Shown here piece by piece: positions 51,965 through 64,000 of a DNA stretch of 64,000 nucleotides (its first letter is position 1; each line of letters starts with the position of its first letter). The notes under the pieces were generated by a model. The model was not told where the DNA came from. It worked only from the letters and a program-made list of their open reading frames with translations, and did no database searches. The translations under genes and the position numbers were made by a program. The stretch is from the NCBI GenBank assembly GCA_963773065.1, contig CAVYZN010000019.1:20894-84893 (forward strand). The letters are read 5' to 3'. The stretch comes from an uncultured Gammaproteobacteria bacterium. Lineage in GTDB: Bacteria; Pseudomonadota; Gammaproteobacteria; UBA9214.

Positions 51965-52198
51965 CTGACCAGCCGTTTCAAGGGTCAAACCGATGGGTTT
52001 GCCGGTCAGGCGGCGGATATAGCGCAGGCCCGCACGGAATTCATGACCGTGCACGTAGGTCAGGCTGAGCGGTTGCACGATGCCGATCGCGCCCGCCGCG
52101 GACGCCGCCGCCACCAGTTCCGGATTGGAACAGGGATACATGGCGCCGCAGATCAGCGGCACCTCGATGCCCAGCGTCCGGGTGAACTCAGTGTGCAC
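51965..52198 (-). pseudogene. Nitronate monooxygenase family, N-terminal fragment
   Basis: GIEVPLICGAMYPCSNPELVAA.S.AG.IG..TGKPIG then family similarity is lost. Confidence 0.7.
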
Positions 52199-52254
52199 GC
52201 TCAGATGATGCTGCCTTCGAGCGGCCGGAAGCCGCCTTCCCGGTTCCGGCGCGC

Positions 52255-54143
<1,889 letters not shown>

Positions 54144-54197
54144 CTGTAATTACCCTCCAGACCTGCCAGCGGTGATCATGGCTGGCAATCGATAGCT

Positions 54198-54229
54198 ACT
54201 GAAGAACTACCAGACTGAAGAACTACCAG
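54198..54229. repeat. Perfect 16-bp tandem repeat in the gltA upstream region
   Basis: ACTGAAGAACTACCAG x2, next to a minus-strand TATACT. Confidence 0.75.
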
Positions 54230-54357
54230 TAAGAGTATAGATTTCAGACCGTTTTCCCGCCTTCCAGGTTCACGGCGCCGGGTGCGGCCCGGGCATATCC
54301 AGCCGGTGGCGAGATCGGAATCGCCAGGCTGCGTATCACCCATCCCCGAGTCCATCC

Positions 54358-54735
54358 TCAATGTAGCGGTGTGAAAGGTACCGCGACCTGCTTGCGGTAG
54401 TCCTCATCGTAGACCAGTTCAATGGTAACCTCTCCCGCGTCATCCCTGATTCTGACCTGTCTCAGATCCGGCTGGCGAACCGCCAGATAGCTGCACAGGG
54501 CGGCGGCCAGGGGCTCGTCGTTGCGCTTGATGGCATGCACCAGGTTGGCGGCGACGAATTGCGCGCGCTGGTTCCGGTCGGGGTTGATGATCGATTCCTC
54601 GCCGATCCGGATACCCGTGTCCATCCGGGCATCCATCCTGTCCAGATAAACCGCCTGATAATCCGGCAAGGGCTGGTCGCGGTCATATTCCAGTTCCGCC
54701 AGATCGTTCAGCAGCACGGCCATGATATGGCTCAT
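54358..54735 (-). CDS. Hypothetical protein
   Basis: RBS GAGGGA; GC3-rich codons; LEYDR..YLDRMD..QRAQFVA..CSYLA.R.PDL. Confidence 0.75.
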   Translation of the reverse strand: MSHIMAVLLNDLAELEYDRDQPLPDYQAVYLDRMDARMDTGIRIGEESIINPDRNQRAQFVAANLVHAIKRNDEPLAAALCSYLAVRQPDLRQVRIRDDAGEVTIELVYDEDYRKQVAVPFTPLH

Positions 54736-54938
54736 GGTTTCCCTCACCCCTCGTCGATTGCCGTCGCCGCGCCAGTATACCGTCCGGGCACACTGGCATG
54801 TGCACTACCGCGCTGTTACCCTGACATCTTGGCCCGGGTCGATTACCATCGAAACGGCAACTTCCCTCGATATTCCGCTACACCCGGCAAGGCAAGCTGC
54901 CCGGCCGACTGACATACGCCCAGCAACGCACTGACCCC

Positions 54939-55958
54939 ATGCGCGTCATCACACCAACCCGCGGCCGGCCTGCCGGTATCAACGGCCGCAGGCCGCCGCC
55001 GCCCGGTTCGGGATACCTCCGGTTCCGCCTGTTGCTGCTGCTCTGCTGCCTGCCGCCGGGTGCGGCCATGGCGCTTGAGCCGATGCCGGAAAAACCGCCG
55101 GCGGCGGCGATCAGTCACATCAACCGCCTCGCCGCGGCGCTTGTCGATGCCCCGGAGGCGATGCGCGCCGATTTCGCCGTGGCCGCCATCGCGGAGATGG
55201 TGGCGGACTATAACAAGGAGGCCGACCGCGCGCGGCGGGAGTCGCGCAGCCATGCCAAAGACCGCGGCTTGGGACGTTGGGCAATCGCCGTGGATGCCTA
55301 TGCCGCGGAACTCACGGCGATCGCCAACAGTGTGACTCCCGCCACGCCGGTGAGGGTGGCGGTCGGCGCGGATAACGGCATCTCCCTCGACATCGATGGC
55401 AAACAGGTGCTGGTGAGCAGCCCGCGGGTCAGGGAACAGTCGGCCTTTGAACGGCGCGTACTCGATCGCTTCTGTAATCTCTACCCGTGTGATGACCTCA
55501 TCACCGAGTACCGGCCGCCGCAGCCGGCGGCAAGCACCGCGGACTCGGAAACCTACTGGAGTTTCAGCCAGCAGGCGGGCCCCGCCTGCAGCACCGGTGA
55601 CGGCTTGGAATTCCAGTTCCAGGACATGACGGACCTCGGACAGAAACGCGAGGCCTGCGCGCGGATCGTCAAGGAACTGAACGCCCTCGCCGCGGCGCTT
55701 GCCTGGAATCTCTCCAACGGCAGCCGCATCGACTGGAACCGGCTCGCCATCCATGCGCTGCCGGGGGAGGAGGAGCACCAGGTCGAACTGGCCGGCGACG
55801 GCGGCACCCTCCGCCTGCCGCTGCCCGCCCTCGCCGCGACGACGAAGCTCTTCGAGCTGGTGCGTCCCTGGCTGGCGGCGAAGGTGGGCGGGCAGCCGAG
55901 TTATCGGCTGGTGGTGATCAACGCCGACAGCCTCATGGCCCCGCTGATCCATCCCTGA
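54939..55958 (+). CDS. Hypothetical exported protein
   Basis: Hydrophobic signal LLLLLCCLPPGAAMA; paired Cys; coding-like codon bias. Confidence 0.65.
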   Translation: MRVITPTRGRPAGINGRRPPPPGSGYLRFRLLLLLCCLPPGAAMALEPMPEKPPAAAISHINRLAAALVDAPEAMRADFAVAAIAEMVADYNKEADRARRESRSHAKDRGLGRWAIAVDAYAAELTAIANSVTPATPVRVAVGADNGISLDIDGKQVLVSSPRVREQSAFERRVLDRFCNLYPCDDLITEYRPPQPAASTADSETYWSFSQQAGPACSTGDGLEFQFQDMTDLGQKREACARIVKELNALAAALAWNLSNGSRIDWNRLAIHALPGEEEHQVELAGDGGTLRLPLPALAATTKLFELVRPWLAAKVGGQPSYRLVVINADSLMAPLIHP

Positions 55959-56037
55959 CCACCCGCCGCGCCCGGTTTTGCATCACGCGGAACCGGAGGA
56001 AACCTGCCGGTGTCCGGCTCACGGCGGCTCAACCCGG

Positions 56038-57093
56038 TCATGACGCGGCCCGCCGCAATTGTTCGAGGCGCTGCTCCTTCGGTAAAGCGCCGATCGCGGC
56101 CGCTGCCCGGTAGAAGGCCGCGAAATCGCCGCCGGTCTGCTGGAACAACTGCCGGAACAGTGGCACATAGTCGCGGTAGGTGCTCACTGCCGCCAGTTTC
56201 GCGTTGTTTAGCCCGGCGGCGAACCAGGCATCATAGCCGGCATAGCCACCCCAGGACTGTCGCAGATTTTCGTACGCCGCACGCATGGCCGCGAGGAGGC
56301 GTTGTTTCTCGCGACGCTTTTCCTCCGCCGTGGCCTCGCTCCCATACAGCGCCTGTAACTGCTCCCGCGTTCGCATCACCAGGTCGATGAAATCCTCCTG
56401 GCGACCGAGGAACAGGCGATATTCCGCGACCTCCGCCGCATTGCCGTTTGACTTCAGCCAGACACCCACCCCCTCGAGTTCCACGGTCATGGCGAAGCCC
56501 TCGTTGAAGGCCGTGTCATCCCCGATGTAAAGCTGTTGGTGCGCCAGCTCATGGAAGATCACCCCCGCGAGGCGCGCATCGCTGAAGCCGATCAGCGTGC
56601 TGAACACGGGATCGTCGAACCAGCCCAGCGTGGAATAGGCCACCGCCCCGCCGACAGAGGTGTCGTAGCCCGCGGCGGCAAGCCCGTTCGCGTAGTCGCG
56701 CGCGGCGCTTTCCCGGAAATAGCCGCGGTAGCGCACGCAGCCCGCGATCGGAAAACACCACTCCTCAAGTTGCAGCGAAAACTCGGGTGCGGCGAAGACA
56801 TTCCACACCGCGAAGGGCCGCTCCAGCTTCACATAGCTGGTATAGCTGCCGTTGTCCGGGAGTTTGAGCACCGCGCTCGCGTAGCGGCGGATGCGCACCA
56901 CCGTTTCCAGCTTGTCCTTGAGTTCTTGTGACTGCGTATCGTCGTGCAGCAGCCGCGGTATCGGCTGGCGGCGGCCCAGCACATCCAGTTGGCCGCCTAC
57001 CATCTGCGTGTAGTACCCAAGCGTGTTACAGGCGCTCAGTAAGAACGCCATGCCCGCCGCCAGCAGGAGATGCCATCGACAGGATGTGGTCAT
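56038..57093 (-). CDS. Zinc-dependent aminopeptidase lipoprotein (DUF2265-like)
   Basis: Lipobox LSAC; WCFPIAGCV.YRGYF, AYSTLGWFDDP, FHELAHQ, FNEGFA, LNNA. Confidence 0.88.
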   Translation of the reverse strand: MTTSCRWHLLLAAGMAFLLSACNTLGYYTQMVGGQLDVLGRRQPIPRLLHDDTQSQELKDKLETVVRIRRYASAVLKLPDNGSYTSYVKLERPFAVWNVFAAPEFSLQLEEWCFPIAGCVRYRGYFRESAARDYANGLAAAGYDTSVGGAVAYSTLGWFDDPVFSTLIGFSDARLAGVIFHELAHQQLYIGDDTAFNEGFAMTVELEGVGVWLKSNGNAAEVAEYRLFLGRQEDFIDLVMRTREQLQALYGSEATAEEKRREKQRLLAAMRAAYENLRQSWGGYAGYDAWFAAGLNNAKLAAVSTYRDYVPLFRQLFQQTGGDFAAFYRAAAAIGALPKEQRLEQLRRAAS

Positions 57094-57200
57094 ACCTGCT
57101 ACCCGCCGCGCTCTCGGTGGCAGGGCCGGTGTCACACCGGGAACACACTCCGGTGTGTCTCTCAGACGCGACCCCTCCCCTCCCCGGCCCGCAACCGCCG

Positions 57201-57929
57201 TCAGCGCAGCTCGAAGCGGCGGATGTCCTCGCTGGCGTAATTGGCCACCGTGCCGTCGATGACGGCCGTGGTCTTGATCCGCCGCACCGCCTCGGCGAGG
57301 CGCGCGCCCGGGATGGCGCAGGTCATCTCGGTGTTCGGCATGCCGGTGCGCACGCGGCTCAGCATGCAGCCCACGCTGACCGCAATCTCCCGCTGCTCCT
57401 TCGCGATGGCGATGATGTGGCACTGCGGCTTGCCCTCGAAGCGCAGGCCGGGAAAGGCATCGGACAGGGTCATGGCCTGCTTGGCGTTGACGCGCAGGAA
57501 CACCACGTCGGGCACGCCGGCGGCGTCCTTGAGAGGACCGTAGGTGACATACTTGTGGCGTTCCTTCACCACGGGGATCGCCGGGAACATCTCGGGCGAC
57601 ACCCAGCCCGCGCCGATCAGCGCGCCGACATCGGCCTTGCCGCCCACTTCCTCCAGCGTCCTGAAGCCGTGCGTCACGCTGCCGACGCTGCAGTTGGCGT
57701 GATCCTCCGCCACGGTGCTGAAGCTGCGCCCCTCCGCCTTCATCCAGAACACGCAGCCGGCCGCGACACGCCCGGTGCGCCCGTCCGCGGTCGGCGCCGG
57801 CATGGGGTCCGCGAAGGGTTTGACCCCGGGTGCGGCTTCCTGTGTGAAACTGATGGCGAGCGGCGGGTGCTGCAGACCCAGCGATTTGACCAGATCCTCG
57901 GCCAGCCTCTGATTGTCCTGTTGCGGCAT
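57201..57929 (-). CDS. DUF169-family protein
   Basis: LGLQHPPLAI, AGCVFW, NCSVG, YGPL..PDVV, KPQC, SVGC..SR. Confidence 0.8.
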   Translation of the reverse strand: MPQQDNQRLAEDLVKSLGLQHPPLAISFTQEAAPGVKPFADPMPAPTADGRTGRVAAGCVFWMKAEGRSFSTVAEDHANCSVGSVTHGFRTLEEVGGKADVGALIGAGWVSPEMFPAIPVVKERHKYVTYGPLKDAAGVPDVVFLRVNAKQAMTLSDAFPGLRFEGKPQCHIIAIAKEQREIAVSVGCMLSRVRTGMPNTEMTCAIPGARLAEAVRRIKTTAVIDGTVANYASEDIRRFELR

Positions 57930-58185
57930 GGGGATTCCTTCTCTTGTGCGGTTGACGGATTAACGGGGAATGCGGCCGGGCCCGGGCTAGCGCACGTCTC
58001 GCCTCACGGCAGGCCGGTCCAGTACGGCGACCCGCCGCGGTTAGCATAACAAGCGCCACGCAAAAGAACACCCGGAAGGCGCAGGGATTTACCGCCGCTG
58101 AATGAATCATGAATCCGCCCGTCACGGCGCCTACTGGATCCGTCCGGGTGTAAAATGCCCAGCCACCTCGATGAAGCCCGCAGCC

Positions 58186-58989
58186 ATGAAACACGAACCC
58201 CGGCAGCCCCGCGTGGCTCTGGTCACCGGCGCGACCGGTGCCATCGGCGGCGCGATCGCTCGGCGCCTCGCCGCCACCCCCGGCTTCCGGGTGGTGCTCG
58301 TGGCCCGTGACGCGGACAAGGCGTCCGCCACGCTGGCTGCCCTGAAAAAGGCCACCGGCAATCCGAATATCCACTGCGAATACGCGGATCTCGCCCTGCA
58401 GGCCGACATTCGCGCCCTGGCGAAGCGCTGGCAGGGTCCGCTGCATGTGCTGGTCAACAACGCCGCCGAGACGCCGCGGGAACGCCAGGTCACGGCCGAG
58501 GGCATCGAACGCCAGTTCGCCACCAACGTGCTCGGCTACTTCCGTCTGATCGAGGCTCTGACGCCGGCGCTGCGGGCCGCGGCCCCGGCGCGGGTGGTGA
58601 ACGTGGCCAGCTACTGGGCCGGCGGCCTCGACCTCGACGACCTGGAATTCAAACGCCGCCGCTACGACAACGACAGCGCCTACCGCCAGGCGAAACAGGC
58701 CAACCGCATGCTGAGCGTAGCCTTCGCCGAACGCCTGCGACCGTACGGGGTGACCGTCAATGCCTGCCAGCCCGGCGATGTCGAATCCCGCCTCGCCGGC
58801 AACCTGGGCTTCGGCGGCCACGAATCACCCGACGAGGGCGCCCGCACCCCGGTCTGGCTCGCCACCGAAGAGATCGGCGGAAAGATCACGGGCAAATACT
58901 TCGAGCACCAGCAGGAAACGCCCTGCCGCTTCGCAGCGGACCGGGCGGCCATCGAGGCGTTGTATATGGCCTGTTTGGCCTATCAGTGA
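58186..58989 (+). CDS. SDR-family oxidoreductase (retinol-dehydrogenase-like)
   Basis: TGATGAIG, LVNNA, FATNVLG, YRQAK, PGDV. Confidence 0.88.
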   Translation: MKHEPRQPRVALVTGATGAIGGAIARRLAATPGFRVVLVARDADKASATLAALKKATGNPNIHCEYADLALQADIRALAKRWQGPLHVLVNNAAETPRERQVTAEGIERQFATNVLGYFRLIEALTPALRAAAPARVVNVASYWAGGLDLDDLEFKRRRYDNDSAYRQAKQANRMLSVAFAERLRPYGVTVNACQPGDVESRLAGNLGFGGHESPDEGARTPVWLATEEIGGKITGKYFEHQQETPCRFAADRAAIEALYMACLAYQ

Positions 58990-59007
58990 AGTAACGCGGC
59001 GGGGCAA

Positions 59008-59169
59008 TCAAGTGTTCCCTGCCATTGATCCACGGGTCTCCCGGGCCAGCGTGCTGGCGCCGTGGTCAAACTCGCTGTAGGCGTTCACCGTCTCCCAACC
59101 CAACTCTGCCAACAAAGTGATGGCCGGCTGCTCGATCAGGGCGTCTTCGGTGTAGCCGGCGGTGGTCAT
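59008..59169 (-). pseudogene. hsdR: Type I RM HsdR N-terminal remnant
   Basis: MTTAGYTEDALIEQPAITLLAELGWETVNAY..TLARET; ATGA overlap with upstream stop; ends after 53 aa. Confidence 0.7.
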
Positions 59170-61427
59170 TGCCGAAACCTCTGTTTGATGTATTCCTGGG
59201 TCTGACTGGCGCTGAGCTCAGTAGTGGACGGCCCAGTGCGAATGTAAAACCGTTCCATCTCGCCATCTTTCAGGAACACCGGCGTGGAGGCTCTACGGCA
59301 CTTCACTACCATCACGCGGCAGTCGTCGTGGTCGTCGAAATGGACATGCAAACTGGTCATGGCCTGTATGCCCATGCGGGTTTTGACAATATTCACGAGA
59401 TGCAGGCCCATCTTGTCTTCGTTTTCAAATTCATCCGCATGGATACCCACTGGGCTGCCATCATCAGAAACACCTACAACCAGCGTGCCGCCGTTGGTGT
59501 TCAAAAAGCCGGCCAGAGTCTTGAGCACGGCCAGTTCCATGCGCGGATCCTTGCTACCGGTGTGCAGGTTTGTGCGCAGGGTGGACTTGAACTCCACCGC
59601 TTCGGATTCGCCATTCATAACCACCTGCGACAGATCAAACTGCGCCGTGGCCGAAATCTTCCTCGGTTCCCGCAGCCATAAGTAGTCGCATAACCATCGG
59701 CGATCACCTCGGCCATCAGTTCGCGGCGCTTCTCCAGAAACTCCCGATAGTCCAGATGCTCCCAATTGGGCGGTAGAGCGTGCAGCCGATACATCCGGTC
59801 CAGCTCCGCCGGGTTGAACCGCGCCTTCATGGCGGGCAGGTAATCCAATGGTGCTTGATCGGAAATGTCTGTATTGTCGCCCCACTCCAACAGGGCGTAG
59901 TTAGCGATCTGGTTGGTATCGCGGGTGGCTTTCATGCCCTGTTTGCCCAGGTAACTCTTAGGAAACAGATGGTGCCGTTCTACGGCGCTGCGATTAGCCT
60001 GCATGGACGGGTCCGAACAAGTCGGCAATCTTAAGCTTGGAGAACAGCGCCCGCGCATCCAGCAGCACCAGCGCCGCATGGTAGGCAAACAGCGACGGGC
60101 TTCGTGGAGACGAGGTGGCCAGATCATTGGGCAGCGACACTCCCCAGAAATCATTGGTAAGAGTGATCTCACAAATTTGGCTGAGTGTCTTCACAAAACC
60201 GTCGGCTGTGCCCACGTCACGCAACCGGGCCAGATCAAACTCCATGGCCGATTCCGGCGAGCCGGTAAAGCGGCCAGTGACCGCCGACATGAAAAACCAG
60301 TGGGCAATCACCCGCCGCAGGTCGAACTCGGGCACCTTGTATTCGGTGCGACCGATCAGATAGAGCATGTAGGAGAACAGTAGGTTGTTCTGCGAGCTGA
60401 TCATCTTGCCACTGCGAAACCCGGCCTGACGAATGCAGTTCATGAAGTCGTGCCAGTATTGCAGGTTCAGAATCCGTTGCTGGGCATCCTTGAGCAGTTC
60501 AAATTGCTGCTCCCGGCGCTCGGTGCTGAATTTTTCGGTTTCAAAATCCTTGCCCCGTAAAATCGAGTATACATACTTTAATCGGGCGCGTTTGAATGCG
60601 ACGCCCACGCCCACCCGCAACAACTGATCCGGAGATGGTTCGATAAAATGGTTGAACGGTGACGCCTTGCCTTTCGAGGGTTTGCGGGATTCACGGCAGA
60701 AGCCCTCCAGGGCAGCGCGTCCCTCATCCCAAAACACCGACATCAGGGTCAAAATAAAGTCGGCCTGATTCAGCGGCGTCCCTTTGCTGTTGATACGAAC
60801 GAACACATCCGACACCGCCTCTTCATCAATATCCGAGGCCAGTTCAAGTGCCGTAAATGGAAACCCCAGCAGCCCCTGGAGTTTAAGAATTCGGTCTTCA
60901 ATAGCCAACTCTTCGGCTTCACCTATTTCACGACCTGTCCGCAGATTCTCAAGATAGTCCTTAATAATACGGGTTATCTTGGCATCCGCGTTCCACAAAA
61001 CGGAGATGTCCGGGATGAACGACTTGTCCCGACAAATGGCGGCATCGGCCACCTCAAACTTTTCTTCCAGCGGATTAAAGGCAATCTGGATATGTTCGCT
61101 TTCAAAGTTTTCCCGCAAAACAACTATGTTTTTGATGACGGCATACAATGAAGTCAGGCGTTGCTGTCCATCTACGATCATCAACCGGGGCGACTTCTGC
61201 TTGTTGTCGGTGCCGATGGTGCGGGAAGCGTCGGCCAGCGCGTTTTGCCAGAACAGCAGATAGCCCACTGGGTAGCCCTTGTACATGGAATCGAACAGAT
61301 CTCGAACCTTGGCGTTCTTCCAAACAAAAGGCCGCTGAATATCCGGTAGGCCGATATCGCCCAGGCCGATGTACTTGACCAGTGAACCCAGATCGTAGTC
61401 AACTTTGGTAAAGACAGTTTCACTCAC
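59166..61427 (-). CDS. GmrSD-like DUF262 + HNH(DUF1524) + Schlafen/AlbA_2 fusion (frameshifts near 60020 and 59680)
   Basis: PDIQRPFVW, IVDGQQRLTSL, FVRINSKG; ERHHLFPK..IANY; GESEAVEFKS..AGFLNTNGGTLVVGVSDDG..FYIRTGPST. Confidence 0.85.
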
Positions 61428-61600
61428 GCTTGAACCTCCTCGGGAATAGCGATATCCAGTTCCGACACATCCACTTCGCTGGAGATGAGCCAGGGCAGCA
61501 GCAGGCCGCGGGTGCGGCGGAGGGTGGTGTTTTTCTGTTGCAGGTTTCTAAAATTTCTTCATTTGAGTATTAATCAAATTTTGACAACAATCATTTCACC
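61424..61600 (-). pseudogene. hsdS: Type I RM HsdS C-terminal remnant
   Basis: NLQQKNTTLRRTRGLLLPWLISSEVDVSELDI resembles the conserved HsdS tail; in-frame stops upstream; stop overlaps the next start. Confidence 0.7.
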
Positions 61601-61961
61601 TGATTGGCTTCATATTATATTGCTCGAAAGGATATACAAACATTGCTGTAATACCAGAACATCATTTTCGGATAGGCCGGGCAGTAAATGGCAGAACGAT
61701 GCACTTGGCGTATTTCACGGATGAGCTGCCGGCACTGGGTACACGGTTCTCCGCCGCAGTGGTTGACGCGTAAGTAAATAACGAATAACCCGGCTCACCG
61801 ACGTCGTAGCTGAAGTAGTCCAGTAAGGGGATGGCGTCACCTTTTCTCCGTCCTGGCGGTTTGATTCCTGAATAGCCGTTCCAACGTTGGCGTGAGGATC
61901 TCCCCGGCCTGCGTTTCGATACCGAAGCCGCGCAGCCTGTCCACCTGGCGCGGTCATTGCG

Positions 61962-62258
61962 CTAGATCAGATAACGATCCATATCGAGGGCACCATGGAA
62001 TATGCCCAGGATATCGATGTCTCCTGATCCCTTGATAAGGTAGGTTATTCGGTAATGACCGTAGAGGAGAATACGCGCTTCGCGGCCTGAAACCGTCCGA
62101 TATTTATGCCCTATTTCAGGGTGCTCCCTTAACGCCTGGGCTTTCTTGTAAATGTCGGCTACAACTTTCGCGGCCGCATTGGGACTATCGGCCGCGATGT
62201 AATCATGGATGTCCTGGAGCCACTGAACAGACTCCTCAGTCCATCTTATTTCCGCCAT
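61962..62258 (-). CDS. RelE/ParE-family toxin
   Basis: IRWTEES..LQDIHDYIAADSP..HPEIG..YRITY..ILGIFHG. Confidence 0.88.
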   Translation of the reverse strand: MAEIRWTEESVQWLQDIHDYIAADSPNAAAKVVADIYKKAQALREHPEIGHKYRTVSGREARILLYGHYRITYLIKGSGDIDILGIFHGALDMDRYLI

Positions 62259-62431
62259 GTTCGGATCCGGTGCTCCATTTCCTCATTGGAAACGGTTCTC
62301 CCATCATCCGAATCTCTCAGACCCCGCTGGACCATCAGATTGAACGCCAGCTCGCGCAGAATCTCGTCGCAGGAGCTGTCATCTGGTTGATCCTGAATCA
62401 GTTTTGTCAGTTCGTCTTTGACTGTTGCCAT
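62246..62431 (-). CDS. Putative antitoxin of the ParE toxin
   Basis: 61 aa acidic; RGLRDSDDGRTVSNEE; overlaps the toxin start; RBS AAGGAGG. Confidence 0.8.
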   Translation of the reverse strand: MATVKDELTKLIQDQPDDSSCDEILRELAFNLMVQRGLRDSDDGRTVSNEEMEHRIRTWRK

Positions 62432-62662
62432 GGTTTCCTCCTTTCTTGAATCGATTGTAGTTCGTATGGATATAAATTGAAATCGAACGACTGGTAGTTT
62501 GTTCATAAGGAAAAAACGAACTCTGATGCGATTACAGAACATCATTTTGGTATGCCAGGCAGTAAAGGATCATGCATGGTGGCACCGCCGGCGGTGATGG
62601 CTCCGTTGAACACTCGGCGGATGCCGGCGAGGAACTGCTCCTCGTTTGTATGATCGACAGGG

Positions 62663-63114
62663 TCAGGACGCGGGGCGGTTAATGAGTGGGAACGCGGCAT
62701 GACAGGCCACGCACTGTTGTGTAACCCGCGACAGGCCGCCGATCGCCCGTTTCACGTCTCCATCGACTGCACATTCCTGTGCAATGATCGCGAACCGGCT
62801 GGCTGCACTGTGCATCCGGGTTCCAATGTCATGCATCGCCTTTGTCATATAGGGTGCCATGTGGGAGGCGTTGTGTGACGTGAGTGACGACATCCCAATA
62901 CGCGTCTCGGCGATCTCGGCAGCCTGTTCAAAAGCATCGGACGATAGCGCCTCCTGTATTTCGGTAATTGTCAGAAGATGGTCACGCATGTTGGCCAGCA
63001 TGTGCACTCGCATCACGGGCGGAAGCTCCACCAACTGGCGGGTGTCTGCTTCGTTAGATGCAGCCGAGGTTGCAACCGTCGGGAGAACTATAAAAAAAGC
63101 AGTCTTTTCAACAT
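62663..63114 (-). CDS. Cytochrome c'-like four-helix cytochrome (frameshift in a homopolymer run at ~63095)
   Basis: Signal peptide MLKRLL.. one base out of frame; MR.HL, C-terminal CVACH. Confidence 0.75.
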
Positions 63115-63229
63115 TCCTGTCTCCCTTCTCTTCTGGATAAGAAAGGGATGAAGAATGAAATTCCGATTCTTCCGTCCCTGTGCCGCGGGCGAATCTCAGG
63201 ATTGTCCTGTGGAGGGCGTTGTACTACGT

Positions 63230-63504
63230 CACTTGACTTCGAGGAGAAATCGTGCGGGATGCTAGATGGTTTTTATCCCTACCACTACATCGAGATCGGG
63301 CCAATACAGATGCCCGGGGTTTGGTTCTTCCACATTCAGCACCTTTCCAATCGGAGCATCCTTAAACCAGGGGAAATCATCGTAAGACATGAATATTTCA
63401 CGGTCTCTGACCTTCAACCACATACCGTGGCTGGCGATGACCGTCACCTCGACTTTAGGAAATGTTTTTTCAAGCTGCTTTGTGATCATCGTAATCCCTC
63501 TCAA
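63230..63504 (-). pseudogene. DUF2442-family antitoxin-like, premature stop
   Basis: VEVT.I..HG.W..FPWFKDA..LYWPDLDV; TAG interrupts the expected HP.RF tail. Confidence 0.7.
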
Positions 63505-63687
63505 ATACTGCTTCCGATAGCTTTCAATTATATCTTTGAAGGTCGATAGTATTCGACTAATTCAAGCGCGGGATCCAGCCAGGATTCCCATCTCCATCAG
63601 GACCACATGCTTGCACATCCAGTCAGGATTCCTACCGGGAGAAGAAAAAAAAGCCGTGTCCACCCCCCTAGATATCGTAGAACTCAT
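63500..63687 (-). pseudogene. DUF4160-family toxin-like, degenerate
   Basis: MSSTISRGGGHGFFFFSR*ES* resembles the DUF4160 start; multiple stops; directly upstream of DUF2442. Confidence 0.55.
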
Positions 63688-63852
63688 TCAGTTCTTTAAT
63701 GGCGTATTACTACCAGGGCAACTCCTGTTAGCGAACATAAGCTTAGTCATGACGCGCCCCGGTTCGTCCCGCGGCGATGCCGCTATGGCCACGGATGACA
63801 GGGAAAAACCGCAGTCATGCCTGGATTCATCGTGGGCGCAGATTAATGCGGG

Positions 63853-64000
63853 CTAAGCGCGTTTATAGCCGTAGAACCAGTGATTCGTCGTCGTACCGAT
63901 ATTGATGACGGTGTGCGCTACGCCGGCGGGGATCAGCACTTCCTCACCCGCTTGCGGGCGCAGCACGCGGCCCGCGAAGCGCAGCTCAATGTCGCCGTCA
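63853..64000 (-). CDS. Cupin-domain protein, 3' part (runs off window)
   Basis: GDIELRFAGRVLRPQAGEEVLIPAGVAHTVINIG..WFYGY*. Confidence 0.8.
   Translation of the reverse strand, partial: DGDIELRFAGRVLRPQAGEEVLIPAGVAHTVINIGTTTNHWFYGYKRA

Larger units (their letters stand above)
61655..62566. repeat. Imperfect ~33-bp direct repeats (61655-61688, 62535-62566) flanking the ParE TA module
   Basis: CAGAACATCATTTT.G.TA.GCC.GGCAGTAAA in both copies. Confidence 0.7.

Noticed and set aside
57094-58821. 927-aa fusion ORF upstream of the aminopeptidase
   Set aside because: It overlaps the DUF169 gene in another frame and the SDR antisense; the lipoprotein start at 57093 explains the real gene.
62570-62662. 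Gene remnant EEQFLAGIRRVFNGAITAGG on the minus strand
   Set aside because: Looks coding but is too short to assign to a family.

Overview
GC-rich gammaproteobacterial-looking window (gene content suggests a sulfur-oxidiser-like lineage; this is inference). About a dozen otherwise intact genes carry single-base frameshifts, most likely from an unpolished long-read assembly. Core and metabolic genes include greB, an NdvB-type glucan synthase, paired dynamin-like GTPases, an MscS-like/MgtE_N-CBS/mgtE operon, an SLC13 permease, PTS Enzyme I, an S8 peptidase, PPi-type PEPCK, bcp and gltA (interrupted by a ~590-bp polypurine tract). Three accessory zones stand out. (1) 20.6-24.6 kb: an integrase-less run of integron-like cassettes (hicBA, SDR, GNAT, possibly ptsI) with RAYT/REP scars. 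(2) 38.0-41.0 kb: a single HEPN (AbiU2-like) cassette. Its core site is split by an unclassified ~1.6-kb element with TTAG and a hairpin at each end, encoding a ~500-aa Rep-like/wHTH protein, and its attC is occupied by an ORF-less group IIC intron. (3) 59-63.7 kb: a decayed type I RM locus that retains a DUF262-HNH-Schlafen fusion, plus toxin-antitoxin modules. An orphan Cas6 (Cmx6-like) with no array or other cas genes and a candidate sRNA with an anti-SD loop are also present. No rRNA, tRNA, CRISPR array or integron integrase was recognised. All family calls are from motif recognition by eye, not database searches.
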